From: Escherichia phage vB_EcoM_G2248
Direction: 5' to 3' (one strand)
Sequence record: MK327932.1
Length of the DNA: 64,000 nt
The translations under genes were made by a program, and so were the position numbers. This document shows positions 1 to 11,400 of this stretch, one piece after another (positions within the stretch are counted from its first letter, which is position 1; every line of letters begins with the position of its first letter). The notes under the pieces are model-generated. The model did no database searches and had not been told where the DNA came from. It saw only the letters and a list, made by a program, of their open reading frames with translations.

Positions 1-442
1 CATGCATATCATCGGTGTATGTTAACTCAAGTTCCCCCAATTGTGAACACCAACAACCATAAAAGTTAAAAGTGCACACAATGTTACGTCGTTCGTTGTC
101 CATCATGTGAACTTGAACGGCTTCCGGCATTGAATCCTTCCACGCGGTGGAGTTACCGTTATTGTAGTCTACTATAGAAAGCATCCATGTGTAAAGGTTT
201 AGATAGCTTTCCAAATGCTCATCGACAATAAACCGGACTACCAACGGGTCAAACTCCACATGACTAGACGGATAATCAGCGACCGCCAAACCATATTGAC
301 CAGCAACTTGCTTAGTCGGTGGAATGGTTATAGCCGGAAGTGTAACACCTTGAGCATTTAAAGTAAAGCCTTTTGTTAGTTGTCCATCTGGAATATTGAT
401 CTGCCAGTTGCTGGGGTTAGCATAGTTAAAGAGATTAGACAT
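1..442 (-). CDS. putative gp3-like tail completion / sheath stabilizer protein, partial (C-terminus beyond window edge)
   Basis: ATG at 440-442 (minus) preceded by GAGGA; frame open to position 2 with no stop; lies beside gp2/gp4 as in T4 order 3-2-4-53-5; not in ORF track because truncated. Confidence 0.4.
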   Translation of the reverse strand, partial: MSNLFNYANPSNWQINIPDGQLTKGFTLNAQGVTLPAITIPPTKQVAGQYGLAVADYPSSHVEFDPLVVRFIVDEHLESYLNLYTWMLSIVDYNNGNSTAWKDSMPEAVQVHMMDNERRNIVCTFNFYGCWCSQLGELELTYTDDMH

Positions 443-518
443 TACTGATTCCTCAAATGAAAATATTTATTAACAATTGTCGCTTTGCGACGTGCCGGAG
501 GCACTGACTACTTTTTAA

Positions 519-562
519 CCGAAACAAATTTTTATTATTCTAAAGATCTTTCTTCGTTTTGG
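519..562. repeat. ~44-bp imperfect palindromic intergenic element, copy A (ccgaaacaaa..agatct..cttcgttttgg)
   Basis: arms are near reverse complements around central AGATCT; near-identical copy at 38916-38958 and half copy at 39075-39109. Confidence 0.6.
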
Positions 563-631
563 TTATGTTTTAACCAATAACTATATTTTTATACAGTAAT
601 AAATAAAACGGGTACTATACGAGGACTTCTT

Positions 632-886
632 ATGACAGAAGACATTTTGTTAAAACTCTATGATCGTCTGGATAACGAATTAGCAACATTGCGGGGTGAA
701 GTTCTCTATTTGTCTAAATGCAATACAGATCTGCTTAAGCAGATTGCAGAAAGGGATGACCAAATAAAATCCCTTTCAGGTGCATTACGTGATCGCGACA
801 AAGCATTAGAGATTTTACAGCGTGTTACCAATAAGGAAGAATTAAAAGACTTCTTACATGGTTATGCTCATGCCATCGATCTATAA
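632..886 (+). CDS. hypothetical 84-aa coiled-coil protein (accessory ORF)
   Basis: complete ORF with charged/Leu-rich heptad-like sequence; hairpin terminator immediately downstream; absent from canonical T4 order. Confidence 0.5.
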   Translation: MTEDILLKLYDRLDNELATLRGEVLYLSKCNTDLLKQIAERDDQIKSLSGALRDRDKALEILQRVTNKEELKDFLHGYAHAIDL

Positions 887-887
887 T

Positions 888-918
888 AAAAAAGCCCGTC
901 AATGACGGGCTTAATTTT
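888..918. terminator. bidirectional rho-independent terminator (GCCCGTC-aatg-GACGGGC)
   Basis: perfect 7-bp stem, A-run upstream and T-rich run downstream; between convergent ORFs. Confidence 0.6.
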
Positions 919-1946
919 TAATATGTATCAGCTAATTTAATTATGTTATCAAGTTCCGTTATTGGTAAAGTTTCTGTGTATCCATCTTTCAACATAGATT
1001 TATCAACAACGCCACATTGATAAGTTCTCTTTATTTCCTTTTCAAGTTCCCACGGAATCCAGCCATCAACACTTTGTTTGACGTAAACAAGTTTATGAAC
1101 AAACTTAGATTTCTGCATATGTTGTTTCATTCTGGTTTCCGGTAATTCATTGGTTACACCAAACTTTATAAATTTATCATCTAACGTCTGGATATAAAAA
1201 TATCCTATCTCAGATGGACGATAGCCAGAAGAACTACATTTCGGACACCCTTTAGCATTTCTGCTGAACGTACAATATCTTACGGAAAATTCGGCGTCAT
1301 GTTTTGTACATTTAAGTTTTATCCATGAATTTGCAGTACCTATCCATTCACCATCGACACCTATATATTCATACCCTAACTTTTTACATTTATCTTCTAT
1401 TCTAGATAGTGCATCTTCTACGGGAACGACATATTCCGTCTTAAATTGTTCAGCCGCACATTTCTTACAACCACATGTACCATGATTTTTAAAATCAAAG
1501 AACTTTGTATTCTTCCAAATATGGTCATGTTTCTTGCATCTAAGAATAATCTTAGTAATTTGTGATTTCCAGCCACCAACAAATCCCAAAAATTCATAAT
1601 CAAGATCTTTACATTTTTCTTCAATGAATTTGGTTGCTTCCTCTTCTGTCATAACTCCCCTACATTGAGGACAACCAACAATAACCTTTTTAGCATAGAA
1701 ACTATTACTGGAAACATCATAGACAGATCCATGCTTATTGCATTGGATAACAGATCTAGTCAATTTTCCTTTCCATTCTCCAGAAAATCCTAAGAATGTA
1801 TGGTCGACAAGTTTACACCTTTCAATAACTTTATCCGCAAATTCTCTAGGAGATTTTGTTACTTTGTTTACTCTGTATTCTATTTCTTCCGGTTGACGAA
1901 GATAATAAACGTGGGGATTGCTCCCCACGGAATTAATATTAAGCAT
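918..1946 (-). CDS. accessory protein with three tandem zinc-ribbon repeats and C-terminal GIY-YIG-like (T5orf172-type) domain; candidate freestanding homing-type nuclease
   Basis: three ~47-aa repeats (FLGFxGxW..C.KH..GCPxC); C-terminal GYFYIQ..KFGVTN..R..QH; longest ORF runs to 2048 but overlaps gp2, so ATG at 1944-1946 (AAGGAAGG upstream) preferred. Confidence 0.5.
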   Translation of the reverse strand: MLNINSVGSNPHVYYLRQPEEIEYRVNKVTKSPREFADKVIERCKLVDHTFLGFSGEWKGKLTRSVIQCNKHGSVYDVSSNSFYAKKVIVGCPQCRGVMTEEEATKFIEEKCKDLDYEFLGFVGGWKSQITKIILRCKKHDHIWKNTKFFDFKNHGTCGCKKCAAEQFKTEYVVPVEDALSRIEDKCKKLGYEYIGVDGEWIGTANSWIKLKCTKHDAEFSVRYCTFSRNAKGCPKCSSSGYRPSEIGYFYIQTLDDKFIKFGVTNELPETRMKQHMQKSKFVHKLVYVKQSVDGWIPWELEKEIKRTYQCGVVDKSMLKDGYTETLPITELDNIIKLADTY

Positions 1947-2760
1947 CCTTCCACACCTTCCTTGCATCATAGTTTTTACCTTTAGAAACAAATTTATATG
2001 TGTTAAGGTAGATAATATTGCTCCAGTCTTTCGGGCTAATCTCAACAAGTTTTGTTTTAATGTGTCCCGGTAGATATGCTTTGATCATGTGATCACTTCC
2101 ACGCATACCTTTTACATCGCTCCATTTGATTTTTAAGCGTGTTTTATTGCTCAAGGTAGGAGTAGATGCATATTGCTTTAAAAGTGCCTCTAAAAACTGC
2201 TGACGGGCTTTAGGAGTTACATAGTGTAAGTTAAGACCCAGCATCACAGTATTACCCGCCTTTGTCTTAGAATCACCCAGACAAATGATCAGCGGGAAAA
2301 CATCCCAATATGGCAAAGTGTCTTTATACTTAGCATCATACATAAAGGTATAGATTCGCCCTACTTGCGGTTTTACAATCTGGTGTCCCTTTATTCCAGC
2401 TTTTATTGTTTTAGTAAACCACTCCTGTGATTTTTCTTTAGGACGACTCTTTGATACAGCACGCATAGACGCACGAAAATCATTAATCATCATCATTGCG
2501 CGTTGCTGCTTATTGAGACCCTTTGCGCCTTTCCCTTTTAGTTTTTCAACTTCTATTGCTGTTTTAATTTCGCTGGCATAACGAGACATACTTTTAGTGA
2601 AAGTCGCATAGGCTATTCCCTTAGAATCTGCAAATGCTTTAGCTGTCATGCCTTTGGCTTTTGCTTTCGCAAATTCTACACCCAATTCGACCCACTGTTT
2701 AGACTTTCTTTTTTGGGGAGACGGCTTTTCGTCTTCTGTGATTATTTCAAATACGCTCAT
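1939..2760 (-). CDS. 2: gp2 DNA end-protector protein
   Basis: 273 aa (T4 gp2 ~274 aa), basic protein, position between the gene 3 region and gene 4. Confidence 0.6.
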   Translation of the reverse strand: MSVFEIITEDEKPSPQKRKSKQWVELGVEFAKAKAKGMTAKAFADSKGIAYATFTKSMSRYASEIKTAIEVEKLKGKGAKGLNKQQRAMMMINDFRASMRAVSKSRPKEKSQEWFTKTIKAGIKGHQIVKPQVGRIYTFMYDAKYKDTLPYWDVFPLIICLGDSKTKAGNTVMLGLNLHYVTPKARQQFLEALLKQYASTPTLSNKTRLKIKWSDVKGMRGSDHMIKAYLPGHIKTKLVEISPKDWSNIIYLNTYKFVSKGKNYDARKVWKDA

Positions 2761-2771
2761 AATATTATCCT

Positions 2772-3245
2772 CTATTTGTTAAGCCCTTTAAAGCCAAACA
2801 CTTTCTTTAATGCATGTTCGGTGATGATCTTAAACTCCATGTTATGCTTTTGGCATAATTTCACGGCAGCTAACCATTTTTCAGTATTTTTTGTGTATGT
2901 CCATACTTCATGCATATATCGTTGCTTTGTCTTCGCGGTCATTCTTTTTGGCTTTTCCGGTGGCCTTGTCTCTTTAGCTGGTTTAACTTCCCATAAATGC
3001 TCCTTGCCATCATCAAACTTAACGTAAAAATCCATAAAGTATCTGTGTCTTTTTCCGTCTGTTGATGACTCATAAGGAATTACTACGGTCTCAGATCCCC
3101 ATTTTGCAACTCTAGGATTGCGGTCTAGCCACTGCATGATCCATCTTTCCCAGCTTGAACGGTATGTGATCTTACGTATATCCCCTTTATACTTTTCCTT
3201 ATTCTCAGGAACATACTTGCCCTTATAAGTGTTAGATCCTCCCAT
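2772..3245 (-). CDS. 4: gp4 head completion protein
   Basis: 157 aa, divergent from gp53 as in T4; size and synteny. Confidence 0.6.
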   Translation of the reverse strand: MGGSNTYKGKYVPENKEKYKGDIRKITYRSSWERWIMQWLDRNPRVAKWGSETVVIPYESSTDGKRHRYFMDFYVKFDDGKEHLWEVKPAKETRPPEKPKRMTAKTKQRYMHEVWTYTKNTEKWLAAVKLCQKHNMEFKIITEHALKKVFGFKGLNK

Positions 3246-3260
3246 TTTAGCACCCTTTAT

Positions 3261-3268
3261 TATAAATA
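3261..3268 (+). promoter_or_regulatory. T4-type late promoter box TATAAATA upstream of gp53
   Basis: exact TATAAATA ~33 nt upstream of ATG 3301, inside a 12-bp inverted repeat (3245-3256 / 3289-3300). Confidence 0.6.
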
Positions 3269-3300
3269 CATAATACTATTTATCAATTGAGGGTGCTAAA

Positions 3301-3855
3301 ATGCTCTTTTCTTTCTTCCCTGCCATTGAATACAACGGCAAGATGATTACTGACATTGTGCGCAATTACCGCGCATATTTCAACGCAATAATTTCTGATT
3401 ATAACATACAAACATATTACATTCAAGGTAGTCCACGACCGGAACAAGTTGCATATGAAGTATACGGAAACCAACAACTTTATTGGATCTTGCTGATGCT
3501 TAATGACGTATACGATCCGTTCCATGACTGGATCACCGATCAAGAGACAGCATATGAATCAGCCGAACAACGATATGCAAACGTAGGAGGAAATCAAGTA
3601 TTATACCACGTTGATATTGACGGAAACAAGTATTGGAATCTTACCGAATATCCGAAAGGATCAAGCAATTGGTATGATAAAGGGGATATTCATCACCGTT
3701 ATTTGCAGTTTCAGGGTGCATTATCGGCAGTAGACACACTGGAAGATGCGATCCTCCGTAATGAGGAACGACGCAAGATCAAGATCATAGATCCTACACA
3801 AATTAAACAATTTATTAACGCATTCATTCGAGAAATGGAAAAGGCTGATGTGTAA
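3301..3855 (+). CDS. 53: gp53 baseplate wedge protein
   Basis: 184 aa directly upstream of gp5; synteny and size (T4 gp53 196 aa). Confidence 0.6.
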   Translation: MLFSFFPAIEYNGKMITDIVRNYRAYFNAIISDYNIQTYYIQGSPRPEQVAYEVYGNQQLYWILLMLNDVYDPFHDWITDQETAYESAEQRYANVGGNQVLYHVDIDGNKYWNLTEYPKGSSNWYDKGDIHHRYLQFQGALSAVDTLEDAILRNEERRKIKIIDPTQIKQFINAFIREMEKADV

Positions 3856-3866
3856 GGTGATTAATT

Positions 3867-5666
3867 ATGCTAATGTTTAATAACTCCGTTAAATGGTTTA
3901 CCGGAATTGTAGAAAACAGGGAAGACCCATTAATGCTGGGGCGTGTTCAGGTTAGGATTCATGGTATACATCCCTCGCTATCCGCGCACGGTGACATTCA
4001 AGGTCTTCCAACCGAAGATCTATTATGGATTACGCCAGTACAAGATATTACAAGCGCGGCGATCTCCGGTATAGGTCAAAGCCCTACTGGTATTGTTGAA
4101 GGTTCAATGGTATTTGGTTTGGCTTTAGATGAACGTTATTTAAACTGCGTTATTCTGGGTACTATTGCCGGACAATATACAGAGAAACCACTCACTACAG
4201 AAGGTTTTTGCGACCCTTCTGGTGCATATCCTCGTTATATTGGTAATGATGTTAATATTCTTGCTCGTGGCGGTATTAACCCAGAAACCGGACAAACAAC
4301 AAAACCTGATAGTGTCTATATTCGAGATGAAAACACTGGAGTTGCAGTAAATCCAGACGACGAGCCATTAGACCAAATTCCGGTTGATGATAATCCTGAT
4401 TTTACAATAGAAAAAATGCTGCGGGGCGATGAGGGGTATCGCGAGAAATGGTATCTTGATTCAGAAGGATATCCGACAATAGGCATCGGGCATTTGATCA
4501 TTTATAAGAAAACCAGTGATCTTGGTATTATCAATAATGAACTTTCTAAGCTGGTAGGGCGTGAAGTTACAAACGGAAGACTTACCGCCGAAGAAGTTAG
4601 TAAAGTATTTGCTGACGATATAGAAAAGACTCGTCGTGATATGCGCAAACATCCACGAATTGCACCTGTCTATAATAAATGTAATGCCTCACGTCGTATG
4701 GCATTAGAAAATATGGCGTTTCAAATGGGTGTTGGTGGATTGGGTAAATTTAAGAATAGTCTTGCTGCGATGTTAGCGGAAGAATGGAAACAAGCCTATG
4801 ATGGATTACGTCAATCGGTATGGGCTAACCAAACTCCAGGACGCTCCAGCCGTGTTTCTAAAATTATTTTAACTGGTAACTTAGAATCATATGGCGTAAT
4901 TGCTCCAAAGAAAGAGGAATCAATTTCTGATGATCCGCGAGCACGTTTGAGAAATGCCCGTATTGCTGCCTATAAGACGCAGAGAGCAGAAGAAGACCCA
5001 GAAGCACCGTTTACCCCACAAGACACACGAATCATGTTTAAAGAGCCTAAGAGTTCGTATTCTGCTAGGTATCCTTATAACCATGTGTACGAGTCAGAGA
5101 GCGGTCATATTATCGAGATTGATGATACTCCTTCTCATGAGCGATATCATCGTAAACATCCTTCGGGTACATTTGAAGAAACCAGACCGGACGGAACGAG
5201 GGTAGAAAAGATTGAAGGCGATGATTATCTGATCGTTAAACAAGGCCGGAAAGTAAACGTTAAGGGTAATTTGCAAGTTGTTGTTGAAGGTGACGCGCAA
5301 GTTTATTATATGGGTAATGTGATGCAAACCGTTGATGGCAACGTCACTGAATTTATTCGTGGCAATGTTAATCAGACCGTTGAAGGTACTGCTAACATGC
5401 ATGTTGTTGGTGATGTTATCGCACAGCTTGACGCTAATTTGACGGCTAACGTCAAGGGTAATGCTGAATTAATGATCGAGGGTAACACTACCGAAACAAT
5501 TAAAGGTAACTATGATTTAACCGTTGAGGGTAATTTTAATATGACCGTCAATGGCACTAAATCAGATCAGGTTAATGGTGACTGGTCCCGTAATTGTGGT
5601 GCAAGCGTTAAAGATATTGCATCTGGTACAGTTCAAATTGATGGTAGCCGTATTGATTTTGGGTGA
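3867..5666 (+). CDS. 5: gp5 baseplate hub / tail-associated lysozyme (cell-puncturing device)
   Basis: N-terminal OB-like region; T4-lysozyme-like core EKMLRGDEGYREKWYLDSEGYPTIGIGHL; C-terminal VxGN beta-helix repeats. Confidence 0.9.
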   Translation: MLMFNNSVKWFTGIVENREDPLMLGRVQVRIHGIHPSLSAHGDIQGLPTEDLLWITPVQDITSAAISGIGQSPTGIVEGSMVFGLALDERYLNCVILGTIAGQYTEKPLTTEGFCDPSGAYPRYIGNDVNILARGGINPETGQTTKPDSVYIRDENTGVAVNPDDEPLDQIPVDDNPDFTIEKMLRGDEGYREKWYLDSEGYPTIGIGHLIIYKKTSDLGIINNELSKLVGREVTNGRLTAEEVSKVFADDIEKTRRDMRKHPRIAPVYNKCNASRRMALENMAFQMGVGGLGKFKNSLAAMLAEEWKQAYDGLRQSVWANQTPGRSSRVSKIILTGNLESYGVIAPKKEESISDDPRARLRNARIAAYKTQRAEEDPEAPFTPQDTRIMFKEPKSSYSARYPYNHVYESESGHIIEIDDTPSHERYHRKHPSGTFEETRPDGTRVEKIEGDDYLIVKQGRKVNVKGNLQVVVEGDAQVYYMGNVMQTVDGNVTEFIRGNVNQTVEGTANMHVVGDVIAQLDANLTANVKGNAELMIEGNTTETIKGNYDLTVEGNFNMTVNGTKSDQVNGDWSRNCGASVKDIASGTVQIDGSRIDFG

Positions 5667-5674
5667 GGTAACTA

Positions 5675-6241
5675 ATGGTTGAAATTCTTCCGATGAGTTC
5701 AAAATTGGAGGATATCAGCGAGCGAGAAATCTTTGAGGTGGTGTTCTCTTATAAAGCAACGCCACCGGATGCAAATACCACATACACGATTAAAGAGTTT
5801 AAGATCAGCGAGTATCGCCCTAATAAGGGCGTTACCGTTGAAGAAACTAAAATATCTGGTGAGTATAGGGATAGTTTTTCGCTTGGCGCGGATTCTCTTA
5901 AATATATAACGAAAGATCGAATTAAAAAATCTGCCGGAAGTTTTGATGATTTACCAGATCCAACTACCGCAGATCTATATTATTTTAACGCTCCTACACG
6001 TCTACAGGAGGTTTATACTTATAAAGTAACCCTAACCTATATCCAATCTGTTTCAGAGTCTCCTGGTGGTTCTGGTGAAGGAAATAGTGGTGGTTCCAAT
6101 AGCCGAGAGGGTGCTGGTGAAACTAATCCGCCTCCGGTAGTAACCGAGCACACAATAGAGAAAGTTTATACTCAAACCGTTTTTGGAAATTGGGATGTGT
6201 GGGCGCAGCAACTAAGAGATTATGTACATAGGGGTGTTTAA
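5675..6241 (+). CDS. hypothetical protein in the gp5.1 position
   Basis: 188 aa between gp5 and the PAAR-like gene; positional only. Confidence 0.4.
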   Translation: MVEILPMSSKLEDISEREIFEVVFSYKATPPDANTTYTIKEFKISEYRPNKGVTVEETKISGEYRDSFSLGADSLKYITKDRIKKSAGSFDDLPDPTTADLYYFNAPTRLQEVYTYKVTLTYIQSVSESPGGSGEGNSGGSNSREGAGETNPPPVVTEHTIEKVYTQTVFGNWDVWAQQLRDYVHRGV

Positions 6242-6534
6242 TGGCTGGATTATCCTACGATAAAGCTAAAACTACAGGGCACGGAAACTACCCACCTACT
6301 GTAATTAATGCAACTCAATCGAAGGTATTTGTTGAGGGTATCCCTGTATTAGTAGAAGGAGACCCAATTACACCACACACAAAAACAACAAAGCCTTATG
6401 ATACACACGGGGGAACTACGGTCGCCAGTACCCCGAAAGTCTTTGTTACCGGAAAGAAAGCAATTCAAATGGCAGATCGTATTAGCTGTGGCGATACCGT
6501 CGCTATGGCATCACCGAAGGTTTATATCAAATGA
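6241..6534 (+). CDS. 5.4: gp5.4-like PAAR-repeat spike tip protein
   Basis: 97 aa, small Gly/Pro/Thr-rich protein with conserved Cys/His near C-terminus, immediately upstream of gp6. Confidence 0.7.
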   Translation: MAGLSYDKAKTTGHGNYPPTVINATQSKVFVEGIPVLVEGDPITPHTKTTKPYDTHGGTTVASTPKVFVTGKKAIQMADRISCGDTVAMASPKVYIK

Positions 6535-8435
6535 CAAAGCAAAAGATTACACAAATTCCTGATATTTTTAATGCTGCTACATTCGATGAAATTAAAAGCG
6601 CATTAACAGACTGGATGAGAAACCAGGAAGAATTTAAAGATTTTGATTTTAATGGTGCTGGTATTAACGTATTGATGGACTTGCTCGCATATAATACCCT
6701 TTATATTCAGCAATTTGCCAACGCCGCGCTATATGAATCTTTTATCAGAACGGCAATTAAGCGTAGTTCAGTTGTTCAAGCCGCGCAAGATTTAGGATAT
6801 TTGCCAGCAAGTAAAACTAGTGCATCAACTACAATTATGTTGCATGTATCACATCCACGAAATCCGGCAAGTATTCGAATCCCACGAGGAACTAAATTTA
6901 TTGCAAGTGTGGATCGCCAGACTTCTTACCCATTTGTGACTACAGAAGACGTTGTGAGCGTTTTAGGTTCAAATGGTTTATATACGCCTATGCTTAAAGT
7001 CGCACAAGGTCGTATTGTTCGTACAGAAATGTTATTTGATCCGAAGAAACAAATTCTGATCCGCGACCCTGATATTGACCGCGCTCAGGTTAAGTTGTGG
7101 GTAGATGGTGCTGAATGGAAAGACTGGACACGAGAAAGCATTGTTAACGCAACTGGCGCTAGTAATATTTTCTATATGCGTGAAACCGTAGACGGTCATA
7201 CAGAAATCTTCTTTGGTGAAGGTGAATCAACTTTATCTGCTGCTGGCGGGGCGCTGGAAGCAAATTATATTGGTGGACTTAAGCCGTCAACTGGTGCTAA
7301 TATTGTTATCGAATATATTAGCACTAAAGGCGCGGAAGCAAACGGTTCAGTTAATTTTACATATGCGGATACCCTTGCATCTATCTCTATTGTTAAAATT
7401 ATTGAGAATCCGACAAATGATCGTGATTATGTCGGTGCAGATGGTGGTGGTGATCCTGAATCAATCGAACGTATCCGTGAACTTGCTCCGGTAATGCGTG
7501 AATCTCAGCGTCGTTGTGTTACTGCTTCTGACTATGAGGCTTTTGTATCTAGCCGTTTTGGTAGTATTGTTCAGGCGGTACAATGTTTCACCGACCGAGA
7601 AAAACCGGGTTATGCTTTTGTTGCGGTTAAGCCTAAATCTGGCTTGCGCTTGACAACTGTTCAAAAAGAAGATATGCGGGATTATCTGGCAAAATATAAT
7701 CTTGCCCCTATCACGCCGAGCATCATTGACCCTAACTATCTGTATATTAAACAGAATATTAAAGTTTCCTATTCAATCAATGACTTGTCAGAATCAGAGC
7801 AGTGGTTGCGAGGTGCGGTTATTGATCAGATAGATGCATATTATACCGACGAAGTGGAAATTTTTAACCAGACCTTTAGTAAGTCTAAAATGCTTGCTCG
7901 TATTGACAAGGCTGACGTGTCTGTGATAGGTTCTAGTGCAGAAATAGAGATGGTACGAGAGATCGACAACTTCTATAAAGCACCTATGGCTGGAATCAAG
8001 TTCTTAAACCAATATAAGAGCGGAATCAAGTCTAGTTCGTTCAACTTCGAAAAGGACGGTAAACAATACCCGATCCATTATGTAAGTACAGAAATGAACA
8101 AAGAATCAGGTTTAGCTAAATTGCTGGTTGGACCTTTCCCTGTTGGTTCTACAATCGCTTTACCGCACTATTCCGGCACTGATTTTGATAAAGAGGTTAT
8201 CGACGGTGCGGACCTATACTTTGAGGTTGGAGAGGTTCAGCATTATGAAGACCTTATTTCATGGGATCTGGGTAAACTGAATATCAATAGCGATCGCTTT
8301 ACTGGTTCATATATTGAGTTGACAGCTAAACCGATTGCTGATAACATTTTTACTAAAGACGGTTCTTTGATCGTGTTTGAAAACGATCTCCGTCCTCAGT
8401 ACACAACTATTAGTCTGGAGGCAATTGCTCAATGA
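6531..8435 (+). CDS. 6: gp6 baseplate wedge protein
   Basis: 634 aa (T4 660 aa), synteny. Confidence 0.75.
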   Translation: MTKQKITQIPDIFNAATFDEIKSALTDWMRNQEEFKDFDFNGAGINVLMDLLAYNTLYIQQFANAALYESFIRTAIKRSSVVQAAQDLGYLPASKTSASTTIMLHVSHPRNPASIRIPRGTKFIASVDRQTSYPFVTTEDVVSVLGSNGLYTPMLKVAQGRIVRTEMLFDPKKQILIRDPDIDRAQVKLWVDGAEWKDWTRESIVNATGASNIFYMRETVDGHTEIFFGEGESTLSAAGGALEANYIGGLKPSTGANIVIEYISTKGAEANGSVNFTYADTLASISIVKIIENPTNDRDYVGADGGGDPESIERIRELAPVMRESQRRCVTASDYEAFVSSRFGSIVQAVQCFTDREKPGYAFVAVKPKSGLRLTTVQKEDMRDYLAKYNLAPITPSIIDPNYLYIKQNIKVSYSINDLSESEQWLRGAVIDQIDAYYTDEVEIFNQTFSKSKMLARIDKADVSVIGSSAEIEMVREIDNFYKAPMAGIKFLNQYKSGIKSSSFNFEKDGKQYPIHYVSTEMNKESGLAKLLVGPFPVGSTIALPHYSGTDFDKEVIDGADLYFEVGEVQHYEDLISWDLGKLNINSDRFTGSYIELTAKPIADNIFTKDGSLIVFENDLRPQYTTISLEAIAQ

Positions 8436-11400
8436 TTAAAGCGCCTAGTGTAACTAGCTTGACAATAGAAAAATTGTCTGCTAATCAGGCGTATATCACA
8501 TGGGATGACGTAGGCGAAAACTTCTTTTATTTTGTGGAGTTAGCCGAAACCAGAACACGAGACGGGGAGATCATCCCCGTCGATGAGTTAAGCTGGGTAA
8601 ACCTGGGATATACTGCCGACCAAAACTGGTTTGAGGACAAAAACCTTTTTCCAGAATATTATTACAAGTTTCGTGTAGCAGTAGCCGCAGAAGGATTTGA
8701 ACAAAGTAAATGGATTGAAACCGAAGAATTTCAGACATTTAAAACAAACGCATATAATTTTTCTATGATGCGAGAGTTCAACCTTGCAAACGAGTTTGTT
8801 AAGCAAAAGTTTACATATGATAATCGTGATTATATTAAATTCAATACTGATTTAATTCAAGCATCATTGATGCAGGAAGATTTTGTTTTCAGTCCTGAAT
8901 ATGCAAACATCACAAATATTTCTAACAAAATTATTGTTGATGAAAACTTTCATGAAATACAGGATCACATAGAAAAAGTTTGTATTGATATAAACCGCAC
9001 TATGTTAGCGGAAATGAACGGTGTTTTGTACCTTTTCGAACGGTTCCAGCCGATCGTGAAAGTGTCAAATGATAAAGGTCAATCATGGAAAGCATATAAA
9101 GCGTTTAACGACCGTGTAGGCAATCCGGTTTCCCGTACATGCGTTTATCAGTCTAAAACCACTACTTACGTTTTAGGATATGACCGAATCTTTTACGGAC
9201 GACAAGCTAGAGATACTCGATGGAGCGCGGACGATGTTCGATTTAGTGATGATACGATCACTTTTGCAAAGGTTGGTGACGAGAACGATTTAGGCTTTGA
9301 CGTTGAGGTCTTTGGTGTATTTTCCAGATTAACAGGGGACACCACAAAATACGCCGAAGCTATGGCATGTAGTGATGACTATTTGTGGGTTGGTGCTAAG
9401 GATGTTATTCGCCGGATTCGTCTTAAGAATACTCCTGTTGATACCGTACAGGGTTCGCCTACGTTTGGAGAAAAAATATTCGATCCTGATGTTATCCGAG
9501 TAACAGGAAATGATAAAGCTGTCATTCAGAAAATGGATGTGATCGACGGTAAATTGCTTGTATTTGTTACTGGTGAAGTTAAACAGCGTTATCAAGATCC
9601 GACTAAACCTGAAAACGTTGTCCCGTCAGACGATGCGGGTGTATACTTAATTGGGAGTGATGGTCTGTCTTTTCAGAGAGTATTTGGCAACACTCCGCAG
9701 GAAAGGGAATATATTCATCATGGGTTCAGTAATATGTCAACCAATGGTGATGAGGTGTTCATAAGCCATTATAATCATCATTTCGAAAGCATTTTACCTG
9801 ATCCAGAAACTGCCGCGAAATATGAATTAAGCGAAGCTGTAAAATATTCTCAGGAGCCAACTTATCTAACTGATAAGAAAATACATCAAACTACTTTCAG
9901 AGCAAGTTATGATGATTTGCGTATTTGGGAATTAGGACCGCAAGCGTATTATAATGAGGCTGATTATACATGGATGCGTCGAAACGGTGTTCGTGTATGG
10001 ATCACAAATGATAATCGCCCGTTGGTTGTTTATCCAGAAGTTGTCTATACGCAGGAAGTTGATACTTCCGGCATTCTTGATAAAAACAGAATTAACCGTG
10101 AAGTTTATGATAAAGGGACCGTGACCTGTTATCTTAACAATGTTAAATTTGAAGGATTCAAACAATATGCATCCGGTGTAATGTTCCATAAAAACACGGG
10201 GGAGATCATTGGGTTCTATCAATTTAACTATCGCGTTCGTGATCAGGTTGGTGTATATTGGAAACCTACAAATGTAGCATTTGTTGCTGAATTGCAAAAT
10301 CAGGTTCGGGAGGTTCCCTGGGTTCCGGTTCACTACGATCGAGAGCAAGATCCAGATTTGCGACCTTTACTGAATAAGATGACACCGGATAGCTTTTTAC
10401 TTGAGAACGAAAATTTCAGAAAATTCTCTGAATATTATCTGCAATTCTTAAGTGATGGTTCAGGAACATATTATAATAAACTAAAAAATCTGATTAAAAA
10501 CAAATATCCACGCGAGCAAGATGCATATGAGTATCTTTGGTCAGAGATGAACAAACGAAACATCTATGCAGATAAAAACAAGCGAGATGCGGTCGTAAGA
10601 TTCTTTGAATCCCGCAAATCAGATTTTTATTCCACTAAGGGCGTGGAGGCTTCTTACAAGTTCTTGTTTAAGTTACTTTATAATGAAGATGTGGAAATTG
10701 AGGTTGAATCACAAGCCGGACTAGAGTATGATATTGTTGTTAGTTCAACGAACATTGACGAGGATATCGTAGGTCGCACGATTTATACTCCAACCGGACG
10801 GGCTAACGTGACGTATCTTGAAAGGGAATATGAAGGTGGACGTCTACGCTGGCGAGTAACCATTCATAACCTGATCGGGCGGTTTGAAGAAGGTCAAGTG
10901 ATCAAATCAGAGAAAACAGCGTTTGAGGGGATGATCCTTGTTGGTGTACGTGGTAAAGAGTTGTTGAGTAGTTCAATCGACTATATCAACCGCTCACGAA
11001 GCCAATACACCATGAAGATTAAAAGTGCATTGCCAGTTTCGCGCTATGCAAATGATGTAATGCGATTCGTTCATCCTGTCGGCTTTGGGTTTATCGGTGT
11101 TACCCTGCTTACGATGTTCATTAACAGCGGGTTAAGTATGAGACACGTAGAAACTATAATTCAATCTCTGAAAAATTATAAGTTTGACAGCGGATTGCCT
11201 AGCGTGTATCCTGATCGTGTTGCTGATCTTGATGTTGATGGAAATATTAAGATTGACCCACTAACAGGGAAACCATTATACTTAACGTCACCGACAATTG
11301 GCGAAGAGTTCCCTGTTCCTCCTGAATATGATCAGGAGAACAGCGAATTGTTCCACGGACTTAAAGCAAGCGAACGAAGATTTGCAATGAGTCCACTGTT

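Noticed and set aside
464-606. TAATAAATA / AATAAATA boxes upstream of gp3 (minus) and the 84-aa ORF (plus) as late promoters
   Set aside because: One mismatch from the TATAAATA consensus; plausible but not reported as features without transcript data.
1946-2048. Upstream extension of the zinc-ribbon/GIY-YIG-like ORF to position 2048
   Set aside because: It would overlap the last ~110 nt of gp2 in another frame; the internal ATG at 1944-1946 with an AAGGAAGG RBS gives a compact arrangement.
5200-5640. Tandem DNA repeats in the gp5 3' region
   Set aside because: The periodicity is the coding reflection of the gp5 C-terminal beta-helix (VxGN octapeptide-like repeats), not a non-coding repeat element.
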